Part shown: piece after piece, positions 8,469 to 16,715 of the stretch | Layout of the letters: every line of letters starts with the position of its first letter | How positions within the stretch are numbered: position 1 is the first letter of the stretch | Origin: an uncultured Oscillospiraceae bacterium | GTDB taxonomy: Bacteria; Bacillota; Clostridia; Oscillospirales; Butyricicoccaceae | Direction of reading: 5' to 3' | DNA: 64,000 nucleotides | Assembly: GCA_964370735.1 (NCBI GenBank) | Contig: CAYJLC010000004.1 | Span: 30,824 to 94,823 of the forward strand | Notes under the pieces: generated by a model | What the model was told of the DNA's origin: nothing | The model's database searches: none | The model's input: only the letters and a program-made list of their open reading frames with translations | Made by a program: the position numbers and the translations under genes

Positions 8469-8549
8469 TTGTAGGGGCGTTCATTGGACGCCCGTTTACA
8501 GAAAAATTATTGACAAAAATTAAACAAAAATTGCGTCCACGTCAGGTGG
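8469..8549 (+). repeat. Partial repeat element, copy 3 (left hairpin module plus an inverted Y-box)
   Basis: TTGTAGGGGCGTTCATTGGACGCCC (8469-8493) is identical to the left end of copy 1. GCGTCCACGTCAGGTGG (8533-8549) is the reverse complement of the CCACCTGACGTGGACGC motif at 52631. Confidence 0.7.
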
Positions 8550-8574
8550 AAAAATAAACAAAATGGAGGAAAAT

Positions 8575-9000
8575 ATGCTTAGAAATATACCAAATAATAT
8601 CTCGGCTGAGCTGCTTAAAATTCTAATGGAAATGGGGCATGGCGATGAAATTTGTATCGCTGATGCGAACTACCCTAAATTCGGTCATGCTAAAAATGTT
8701 GTAGACTGCACAGGACTTGAGATTTCAGAACTAATGGATAGCATTTTATCGCTAATGCCATTAGACCAATATGCTGAAAATCCAACTATATTTATGGCTG
8801 TTTTACCAAACGACCCTTATGTTCCAGAAATTTGGGAAAAGTATAGAGAAATCGGCAATAAATATGAAAAAGACGGTTTACGCGAAGAAACTATCAATAA
8901 ATTTGATTTCTATGAAAGAGCAAAAAATGCTTATGCAACTATCACAACAAGCGAAAAAGCATTATATGCTAATGTAATTATCAAAAAAGGTGTTCTATAA
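8575..9000 (+). CDS. RbsD/FucU family sugar mutarotase (L-fucose mutarotase-like)
   Basis: MLRNIPNNISAELLKILMEMGHGDEICIADANYP matches the FucU N-terminus pattern. The ATG at 8563 is an alternative start. Confidence 0.85.
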   Translation: MLRNIPNNISAELLKILMEMGHGDEICIADANYPKFGHAKNVVDCTGLEISELMDSILSLMPLDQYAENPTIFMAVLPNDPYVPEIWEKYREIGNKYEKDGLREETINKFDFYERAKNAYATITTSEKALYANVIIKKGVL

Positions 9001-9013
9001 TAAGGAGTTTCAG

Positions 9014-10303
9014 ATGAAAAATCAATTAAAATCAATTTTAGAAGCAAGAAAAACTAATAAAAACATCGGTGTGCCATCTTATTGCACAGCAAATGATTTA
9101 GTGTTAAAAGCACTTTTAATCAATGCTGCAAAAACAAATAGACCAGTTTTAATCGAGGCTACTGCAAATCAAGTTAATCAATTTGGTGGATATACAGGCA
9201 TGAAACCACAAGACTTCACAAACTTTGTTTATGCTATTGCTGACGAAGTTTCTTGCCCAAAAGAGCTAATAATTTTAGGTGGTGACCACTTAGGACCGCT
9301 TACTTTTGCAAAAGAAGATGAAGAAAAAGCAATGGAACTTTCGAAAGAATTAGTTCGCGAGTATGTTTTGGCTGGATTTACAAAAATTCACCTTGACACT
9401 TCTATGAAAGTCGGTTCTGACAGCAAAGATGAGATGTTAAAAACAGAAGTTATCGCAAAGCGTGGAGCGATTTTATATGATGTTTGTATAAAAGCTTTTG
9501 AAGAAATCGAAAGCGAAGATAAAGTTCGCCCAGTATTTATTATTGGTTCAGAAGTTCCAATCCCTGGCGGTGCGACAGAGGAAGAAGAAGGCATTTCTGT
9601 AACAAAAGTAGCTGATTTTAAAGATACTGTCGATACATATAGACGCGTTTTTAAAGAATTAGGCTACGACAATGCTTTTGATGATATCATTTCTGTTGTT
9701 GTTCAACCTGGTGTTGAATTTGGTGATGCACAAGTATTTTTATACGATAGCGAAGAGGCAGCAGACCTTTGTGGTTCATTAAAAGATTATGAAAATATTT
9801 GTTTTGAAGGACATTCTACTGACTATCAAACAAAAGAATGCTTAAAATCAATGGTAGAAGATGGAATTGCGATTTTAAAAGTAGGTCCTGCGCTTACTTA
9901 TCGTCTAAGAGAAGCACTTTTTGCACTTTCTTATATTGAAAATAGCGTAGTGAGTGTTGATAAACGATCATATTTTATTGAAGTTTTAGAAGAAACTATG
10001 CTAAAAAACCCAAATAACTGGAATAAGCATTATCATGGAGATGAAACTCAGCTGAAAATCGCAAGAAAATACAGCTATTCTGATAGATGCAGATATTATA
10101 TGTCAGATGAAAATATCAAAAATACAATCACAAAACTTTTAGATAATCTTAAAGATATGGAACTTCCGATGAATATTTTACATCAATTTATGCCTGCACA
10201 ATACGATAAAATAATGCATGGTGAAATCAAAAACGATATTAACGACATACTAAATGATGCTATTTTAGAAATTCCAAAAGATTACGAATATGCAACAATT
10301 TAA
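9014..10303 (+). CDS. GatZ/KbaZ/AgaZ family protein (tagatose-bisphosphate aldolase accessory subunit / tagatose-6-P epimerase-like)
   Basis: ..GVPSYCTANDLVLKALLINAAKTNRPVLIEATANQVNQFGGYTGM.. is typical of GatZ/KbaZ. The ATG at 9014 follows AAGGAG. Confidence 0.85.
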   Translation: MKNQLKSILEARKTNKNIGVPSYCTANDLVLKALLINAAKTNRPVLIEATANQVNQFGGYTGMKPQDFTNFVYAIADEVSCPKELIILGGDHLGPLTFAKEDEEKAMELSKELVREYVLAGFTKIHLDTSMKVGSDSKDEMLKTEVIAKRGAILYDVCIKAFEEIESEDKVRPVFIIGSEVPIPGGATEEEEGISVTKVADFKDTVDTYRRVFKELGYDNAFDDIISVVVQPGVEFGDAQVFLYDSEEAADLCGSLKDYENICFEGHSTDYQTKECLKSMVEDGIAILKVGPALTYRLREALFALSYIENSVVSVDKRSYFIEVLEETMLKNPNNWNKHYHGDETQLKIARKYSYSDRCRYYMSDENIKNTITKLLDNLKDMELPMNILHQFMPAQYDKIMHGEIKNDINDILNDAILEIPKDYEYATI

Positions 10304-10360
10304 AGGCTTACTATAAAAAAAGTTCAAATATTTGCAAGTTAAATGCAACGATATACCCTA

Positions 10361-10399
10361 CACCTAGATAATAACGAATGATTTGTTATTATCTAGGTG
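10361..10399 (+). terminator. Strong hairpin ending the catabolic operon
   Basis: A 15-bp perfect stem CACCTAGATAATAAC / GTTATTATCTAGGTG encloses a 9-nt loop. The T-tract is only weak (CATTTCAATT). Confidence 0.55.
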
Positions 10400-10520
10400 C
10401 ATTTCAATTAAAGTGCAAGTTTGAGGTATTTATGTAAAAGCTATTAAATTTAGTGTTTGCCTTGAAAATGTTCGTAAAATATGTTAAACTTGACTTGTAT
10501 CAACTAACAAAGGAGATTAT

Positions 10521-12599
10521 ATGAAATCTACACTTTCAAAATATTTAATCACATATATTGCAATTTTTACAGCTTTTGTTGTTGGCTATTTTTTGCTGTT
10601 TGAAGTGCAAGTTAGAAACGAATTTTTAGAAAAAAACAACCAAAATCGCTTAAGTTCTGTAAATTACACGATGAACGTTCTTGCAAATCAATTCAATCAA
10701 CTTCAAAATTTAAGTATTTCGATTAACGAAGAAATCAGCCTTGAAACTTTAGGTTTTGACAGCACTTCTCGATTTAAAATTGGAAATATCATCAACGATA
10801 ATAAACGACAAAATTTGCTGATTTCGGATATAATTTATATTGATAACACAGAAAAAGAGTATATTTCTAGCTCCTTTGTTATTAATTTTACTGATGATGG
10901 TTATATTTTAGAAACACAATATGATGAGATTTTTTTGCCGTATGATAGGCTCATTCAAAATCCGATTATGGAGCTTTTGAGCGTCACTGGTGAAACAGAA
11001 AATCAATTAATTTTTCTCCCTAAAAATAACTCTGCAAACAAGATAACGCTCTTTGTAATCGATAAATTTAACCTTGAAACCTATTTTAACCTTAGTAGTG
11101 ATTTTAGCTCGCTTGGAATTATAGACAGCACGTCTAATGAAATTTTGTATGAAATCGGTGAAGAGTGCATAAATATTGATGGAAGTTCACTGAACTCCAC
11201 ATATTATGAAGAAGATGGGCATTTTTACTATATTTCAAGTGAACTTTTGGGTAGCTTTAAGGTTTTTGGTAGCCAATCTATCGAAAATCTATTCTACGCC
11301 GAAAATTCTTTGTTTGAAAATGTATACTATGGTTTGTTTTTGTTTGCGATTATTATTTTAATTTTTATTGTTATTTCGCTCCGTTTAACGTATGTTCCAC
11401 TATATAAACTTGCGAAAAAACTATCAACAGAAGGCAATTTGGATAAGAATTTCTTAAAACTTATTGATGATGCATATAGCGACCAAACGAGCAAATCGCT
11501 TAATCTTGAAAATGAGGTTAATGACTATAAATCAGCAATAAAATACTATGTTTTAGGAGATTTAGTTCGCAATGACACTGTTGCAGATGAACAATTTGAC
11601 GAAATTTTTAAGAGTGACCGAGAGCATTTATTCTATATAGTGAAAATTTTCAATAATAACAACTCACTTGCAACTGAAGTTAGGTCTGCGCTTGGTGAAA
11701 ATTCTGTCTGTATTTTGCTTAATAGCGATGTTCGTTCGCATACGTTGCTTGTCGATTTCTATGCCAAAACAATTGATAAAAACGAGAAAATCCTCAATCT
11801 TTTCGAAAAGATTTGTCAAAAATACGACTGCAAAGCAGGAATTAGTGCAAAATCTTCTGATGTAAATCAATTAACTTCGTTATATAATAATGTTAAATTC
11901 ATAACCGAAGATTTGTTCTTAGATAAAAATATTTTACAATATAGCGATGATTTGCGACCAAAAGATGCAAAATTCACTAGAATTTACGATAATATTGCAA
12001 AATTTGATGATTTATTTATCGAAAAAGAATATAAAGAGATTAAATCAGTTTTAGATGAGCTATTGATATCATTAAATGATAGGACGCTGCCAGAATTTTA
12101 TATAAAATGTATCTTAACCGATATAATAACTGTGATTTTTAAATATAACCACAATGTCGAAGGCGAAATTTCAATGAAATTGCTTAATTTAGTGCGACAT
12201 CACGATTATTTTGATGAAAAGCAACAAATTTCCGATATTCTGCACTCGATAATATATGATAATGAAAATTTAACTGCAAATATTAGCGTAGATTTAATTA
12301 AAAATTACATTTTAGAAAACTATGCTGATGTTAATTTTTCTCTGCAAAAACTAGCGCTTGATTTTAATGTGAGTTCGGCGTATCTAAGCTTTTTGTTCAA
12401 GAAACATACGAACATAACGCTTTCGGATTATGTTTGGCAGTTAAGGCAGGAGCAAATTATAAAGTATTTAGCAGAAACTGATTTAACTATTGAAGAAATA
12501 AGCATAAAAGTTGGCTATGATAATGTGTCAAGTCTTAGACGAAAATTCAAAAAAGAGACAGGCAAGACACCACATCAATTTAGAAAAAATGACAAATAG
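10521..12599 (+). CDS. Membrane-spanning AraC-family one-component regulator (extracytoplasmic sensor domain + cytoplasmic AraC HTH)
   Basis: TM1 is YLITYIAIFTAFVVGYFLLF. An extracytoplasmic region of about 250 aa follows, then TM2 VYYGLFLFAIIILIFIVISL. The C-terminus carries an AraC HTH (..LALDFNVSSAYLSFLFKKH..IEEISIKVGYDNVSSLRRKFKKETGKTPHQFR). Confidence 0.85.
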   Translation: MKSTLSKYLITYIAIFTAFVVGYFLLFEVQVRNEFLEKNNQNRLSSVNYTMNVLANQFNQLQNLSISINEEISLETLGFDSTSRFKIGNIINDNKRQNLLISDIIYIDNTEKEYISSSFVINFTDDGYILETQYDEIFLPYDRLIQNPIMELLSVTGETENQLIFLPKNNSANKITLFVIDKFNLETYFNLSSDFSSLGIIDSTSNEILYEIGEECINIDGSSLNSTYYEEDGHFYYISSELLGSFKVFGSQSIENLFYAENSLFENVYYGLFLFAIIILIFIVISLRLTYVPLYKLAKKLSTEGNLDKNFLKLIDDAYSDQTSKSLNLENEVNDYKSAIKYYVLGDLVRNDTVADEQFDEIFKSDREHLFYIVKIFNNNNSLATEVRSALGENSVCILLNSDVRSHTLLVDFYAKTIDKNEKILNLFEKICQKYDCKAGISAKSSDVNQLTSLYNNVKFITEDLFLDKNILQYSDDLRPKDAKFTRIYDNIAKFDDLFIEKEYKEIKSVLDELLISLNDRTLPEFYIKCILTDIITVIFKYNHNVEGEISMKLLNLVRHHDYFDEKQQISDILHSIIYDNENLTANISVDLIKNYILENYADVNFSLQKLALDFNVSSAYLSFLFKKHTNITLSDYVWQLRQEQIIKYLAETDLTIEEISIKVGYDNVSSLRRKFKKETGKTPHQFRKNDK

Positions 12600-12604
12600 A
12601 AAGT

Positions 12605-12632
12605 AGAGTTGGTTTTCCAACTCTTTTTCTTA
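12605..12632 (+). terminator. Rho-independent terminator after the AraC gene
   Basis: AGAGTTGG-ttttc-CCAACTCT followed by TTTTTCTT. Confidence 0.75.
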
Positions 12633-12804
12633 TATAGTTTTGTTTTTAGCTTAAATATTGCCTGTGAAAGTCAAAATGACCATAAATTTGTGAATTATGA
12701 TAATAAAATCAAACGGATTTTCTCGAAAATCAATTTTTGACAACTTTTTGCTACTGTAAGTGCTGAAATAGATAAACAATGACTATTTTAGCAACTTTTT
12801 AGAC

Positions 12805-12902
12805 TTGTGCAAATTGCTATTTGATTACTTAAAAATTGTGCATTTTTTTATTTTTTGGTTAAAATTTGTGCGTTTTTACTTGAAAAATCTCTAAAAACAC
12901 AA
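12805..12902. promoter_or_regulatory. Four phased TTGTG(C) boxes (candidate regulator binding array)
   Basis: TTGTGC occurs at 12805, 12836 and 12866. An inverted ACACAA sits at 12897-12902. Three boxes share the context AAAAWTTGTGYNTTTTT. Spacing is about 30-31 bp, and the array ends about 30 bp upstream of the -35 box. Confidence 0.55.
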
Positions 12903-12930
12903 TTTTTAACCACGAAATAAATATTGAATC

Positions 12931-12959
12931 TTGAAAATACTATACATCTGACCTATAAT
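12931..12959 (+). promoter_or_regulatory. Sigma-A type promoter of the ABC importer / sulfatase operon
   Basis: TTGAAA (12931-12936), a 17-nt spacer, then TATAAT (12954-12959). Confidence 0.65.
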
Positions 12960-13026
12960 GAAATTACACAAAAACACTGAAATAATACGGCGATTTTTGT
13001 TGTAATTACACAAAGGAGGAGTTTAG

Positions 13027-14025
13027 GTGGTAGATTCAAAAATATCCAAAAACAAACAAGTCAAAGCAAGTTTTAAAAGTTCATCTACAAAAAAACAAGA
13101 TAAAGAACTTTTAAGAAAGAATAATTTAAAAAAGTTTAAGCAGTCAATTCCGTTATATGTGATAATGCTTATTCCATTAATTTTCTTTATTATTTTCAAA
13201 TATGTACCTATGTATGGTCTACAAATTGCATTTAGAGATTATACAACAACAGGGGGAATTTGGGGTAGTGAATGGGTTGGAATGGATAATATAATGCGTT
13301 TCGTAAATTCATATAATTTCGAACAGATTATGTTTAATACAATTTCAATCAGTGTATATCAGCTTTTGGTATCTTTTCCTTTGACAATCTGTTTTGCACT
13401 AGTTTTAAACTCAGCGCGAACAGGAAAATTCAAAAAAGCAGTACAAATGATAACTTATGCACCTCACTTTATATCAGTTGTTGTAATGTGTGGTTTGATT
13501 TTGCAAGTTTTACAACCAAGAACTGGTGTTGTAAACATAATGCTTTCAGGCTTAGGCTTTGAAGAAATAAATTTCATGGGCGAAGCTTCTATGTTTTCTT
13601 CGATTTATGTATGGTCTGGAATTTGGCAGAATGTAGGCTGGGGCACAATAATTTACCTTTCAGCACTTTCAAGCATCGATTCTGAACTATATGAGGCTGC
13701 TGAAATAGATGGTGCGTCGAAATTCCAAATTGTACGCCATATTGATATTATGGGTATTTTACCAATGATTATCACTATGCTAATTATGGATGTTGGACGT
13801 ATTTTACAAGTAGGTTTCCAAAAGGTTTTATTACTTCAAAATGGACTGAATATATCATCTTCCGAAGTTATTCAAACTTATGCCTATAAAATCGGTTTAG
13901 CATCAGATATTCCTGATTTTTCATATTCGGCAGCAATCGGACTTTTCACAAGCTTAATTAACTTTACACTTCTTATAATTGTAAATAGAATTGCCAGAAA
14001 ATGTTCGGACAATAGTTTATGGTAA
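13027..14025 (+). CDS. Carbohydrate ABC transporter permease (LplB/YtcP-like)
   Basis: It is multi-TM with an EAA-loop region (..YEAAEIDGASKFQIVRHI..). The GTG start lies 6 nt after GGAGGA. Confidence 0.9.
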   Translation: MVDSKISKNKQVKASFKSSSTKKQDKELLRKNNLKKFKQSIPLYVIMLIPLIFFIIFKYVPMYGLQIAFRDYTTTGGIWGSEWVGMDNIMRFVNSYNFEQIMFNTISISVYQLLVSFPLTICFALVLNSARTGKFKKAVQMITYAPHFISVVVMCGLILQVLQPRTGVVNIMLSGLGFEEINFMGEASMFSSIYVWSGIWQNVGWGTIIYLSALSSIDSELYEAAEIDGASKFQIVRHIDIMGILPMIITMLIMDVGRILQVGFQKVLLLQNGLNISSSEVIQTYAYKIGLASDIPDFSYSAAIGLFTSLINFTLLIIVNRIARKCSDNSLW

Positions 14026-14036
14026 GGTGGTAGAAT

Positions 14037-14948
14037 ATGAATAGTTTTAATTTAGTTTTCAAAAAAGGTGTTAGCACATCTGATAGAGTTTTCGTTTTCT
14101 TAGTTTATGCAATAATCGCTTTCGCAGGACTTGTCGCACTTTATCCACTGATTTATGTTGTAAGTGCCTCATTTAGCTCGGCTGATGCACTAATTAACGG
14201 AGAAGTTGTGCTGTTTCCTGTCGATTTTTCGCTCGAAGCATATAAAATGGTATTTGAGTATAATGATGTATGGACTGGTTATGCAAATACGATTTTTATA
14301 ACGTTGATAGGTACAACTCTAAACGTGATTTTAACGCTTATGCTTGCATATCCACTCTCTAGAAAATCACTTTTCGGAAGAAAACAACTTACGTTCCTTT
14401 TAACATTTACAATGATGTTTTCGGCGGGTTTAATCCCTACATATTTACTTATGGACGATTTAGGGCTTGTAGGTTCAAGATTTGCGATTATTCTTTTAGG
14501 GTTACTTCCTGTTAGAAACGTAATATTAGCAAGAACTTTCTATAAAGAAACAATAGGCGATGAACTTATTGAGGCTGCAAAAATCGATGGTGCTAATGAA
14601 TATGTAATACTTCTTCAAATTGTAGCCCCACTTTCAAAAGCAATTTTAGCAGTTATCGCGTTGTTTACTTTCGTTGATTTCTGGAATGAATTTTTCAACT
14701 CGATGATTTATCTTAGAGATTTAGAATATTATCCACTGCAACTTATTTTAAGAGAAATTCTTATGATGGCAAATATCGACCCTACTGTTATGCCACTTGA
14801 CCCTGAAACACAAAATGCACTTGAGGGAATGAGTGAGCTTCTAAAATACGCAGTTATCGTAGTATCAAGCGTGCCTGTTATGTGTATCTTCCCACTTGTG
14901 CAAAAGCATTTTGTGCGTGGAGTTATGTCAGGTGCTGTTAAAGGTTAA
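14037..14948 (+). CDS. Carbohydrate ABC transporter permease (LplC-like)
   Basis: It is multi-TM with an EAA loop (..IEAAKIDGANEYVILLQIVAPLS..). Confidence 0.9.
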   Translation: MNSFNLVFKKGVSTSDRVFVFLVYAIIAFAGLVALYPLIYVVSASFSSADALINGEVVLFPVDFSLEAYKMVFEYNDVWTGYANTIFITLIGTTLNVILTLMLAYPLSRKSLFGRKQLTFLLTFTMMFSAGLIPTYLLMDDLGLVGSRFAIILLGLLPVRNVILARTFYKETIGDELIEAAKIDGANEYVILLQIVAPLSKAILAVIALFTFVDFWNEFFNSMIYLRDLEYYPLQLILREILMMANIDPTVMPLDPETQNALEGMSELLKYAVIVVSSVPVMCIFPLVQKHFVRGVMSGAVKG

Positions 14949-14971
14949 ACATTATTATTAAGGAGAATATT

Positions 14972-16660
14972 ATGAAAAAATTAACATCAATTATTTTAAG
15001 TGCGACTATGCTTTTAAGTCTAGTTGCTTGCACACCACAAAATGAGATTGACAATGAAATACCAGAAATTACTGAACCAGTAACACAAGAAACAGGTGAC
15101 CCTAATGTTAATCCTGCTGGTGAGTTTCCTATTGTAAAAGAACCTATTACGCTTAAAGTTTTAGCTTCTCAAATGGCAAATGTTGAAGATTTAAAGACAA
15201 ATGACTTTACAAAGCGTCTTGAAGAACTTACAAACATTAAACTAGAATGGGAAATCGTTCCTGCAACTTCTGCTCAAGAGAGATTAAATGTTCTTCTTGC
15301 AACAGGTGGTGATTTACCGGATATTTTACTAGGATTTGACATTAAAATGCCACAACAAATTGCATTTGGCGAAGAGCAACAAATGTTTGTTGATATGTCA
15401 CCATATTTAGATACTTATGCACCGAATATCAAAGAAGTATACGAAGATGTTCCGCTATTAGAAGATATGTCTAGAACACCAAACGGTGGGCTTTATGCAA
15501 TTTCTGGTGTTGAAGAAACGTATCATGTTAAGTTCCAACAAAAAGCATGGATTCAAAATTCGTATCTTGAAGCATTAGACACAGAACTTCCTACAAATAC
15601 AGACGAATTTAAAGATTTACTTATCGCAATTCGTGATGAAGACCCAAATGGCAATGGTGAACAAGACGAAATTCCATATATCGGGGCAACAACAGGCTGG
15701 AGTTTACCAATCGTTCCGTTTACAATGTCAGCTTTTATCGACTATTATAACATAGACGGTGTACCAACCGATATCGCATTTACAGTAGAAGATGGAAATA
15801 TTGAAATTGCTGCTGATAAAGACGGTTTCAAAGAAGGATTAATGTACTTAAATGACCTTGTAAACGAAGGTTTGCTTGATCCACTTTCATTCACACAAGA
15901 TCAAAAACAGCTAAAAACTCTTACAGGTAACGAAAACGATATCGTAGGTATTTTCACAGCAGGTGCTCCTGGTGGTGGCGTTAATGGTGCTGATAATCAA
16001 TTAAAATGGACAGCAGTTCCTCCTCTTGAAGGCCCATCTGGCGAAAATTACACAAGATATATTCCAATGTCACTTTCTTATGGTAGATACGCAATAACTA
16101 ACCAATGCGAAAACGTTGAGGCGGCTGTTCGTCTTGTAGACTATCTAATGTCACGCGAAGGAACTCTTAATTCGTCAATCGGTGTTGAGGGTGTTGACTG
16201 GGAATGGAATACTGACGAGAACGTTAAAGGCCTAAATGGTGATACAGCAGTTTATATTAGACATACTCCTTATGGCGTTCAACAAAATGTGAACTGGGAC
16301 AAAATGGCTCCTCTAAATTTAGTTGATGAATTTAGAAATGGTCAGGCAGCGCCAGAGGGTGCTTCTAACATAGAAGGTATGCTATATAAAGAATCAGAAG
16401 AGAAATATGCTCCAGTGAATACTGAAAAATATATTTTACCAGTAGCAATTCCAGATGAAGACCAAAACGACTTCACAGACATTTCAACTTCACTTGAAAC
16501 GTATTTAAAACAAAGTGTGGCTGAGTTTGTAGTTGGTGTTCGTTCATTCGACGATTGGGACACACACGTTGCGACAATTGAATCTATGGGCGCTGAGCGT
16601 TTTGAAGAAATCATCAATAATGCTTATGCAAATCAATACGGAACTTTAGGTTTAGAATAA
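14972..16660 (+). CDS. Extracellular solute-binding lipoprotein (large LplA-type, 562 aa)
   Basis: The signal peptide has a lipobox (LLSLVAC). Size and composition are typical of Firmicutes oligosaccharide-binding proteins. Confidence 0.85.
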   Translation: MKKLTSIILSATMLLSLVACTPQNEIDNEIPEITEPVTQETGDPNVNPAGEFPIVKEPITLKVLASQMANVEDLKTNDFTKRLEELTNIKLEWEIVPATSAQERLNVLLATGGDLPDILLGFDIKMPQQIAFGEEQQMFVDMSPYLDTYAPNIKEVYEDVPLLEDMSRTPNGGLYAISGVEETYHVKFQQKAWIQNSYLEALDTELPTNTDEFKDLLIAIRDEDPNGNGEQDEIPYIGATTGWSLPIVPFTMSAFIDYYNIDGVPTDIAFTVEDGNIEIAADKDGFKEGLMYLNDLVNEGLLDPLSFTQDQKQLKTLTGNENDIVGIFTAGAPGGGVNGADNQLKWTAVPPLEGPSGENYTRYIPMSLSYGRYAITNQCENVEAAVRLVDYLMSREGTLNSSIGVEGVDWEWNTDENVKGLNGDTAVYIRHTPYGVQQNVNWDKMAPLNLVDEFRNGQAAPEGASNIEGMLYKESEEKYAPVNTEKYILPVAIPDEDQNDFTDISTSLETYLKQSVAEFVVGVRSFDDWDTHVATIESMGAERFEEIINNAYANQYGTLGLE

Positions 16661-16667
16661 TTTAGAT

Positions 16668-16702
16668 AGGGGCGAGGGTTTGACCCTTTCCCCTTATTTT
16701 TA
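16668..16702 (+). terminator. Intercistronic hairpin / partial terminator after the binding-protein gene
   Basis: AGGGGCGAGGGtttgaCCCTTTCCCCT followed by TATTTTTAT. It begins TAGGGGCG, like the repeat-family hairpin. Confidence 0.45.
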
Positions 16703-16715
16703 TAAAGGAGAAAGT

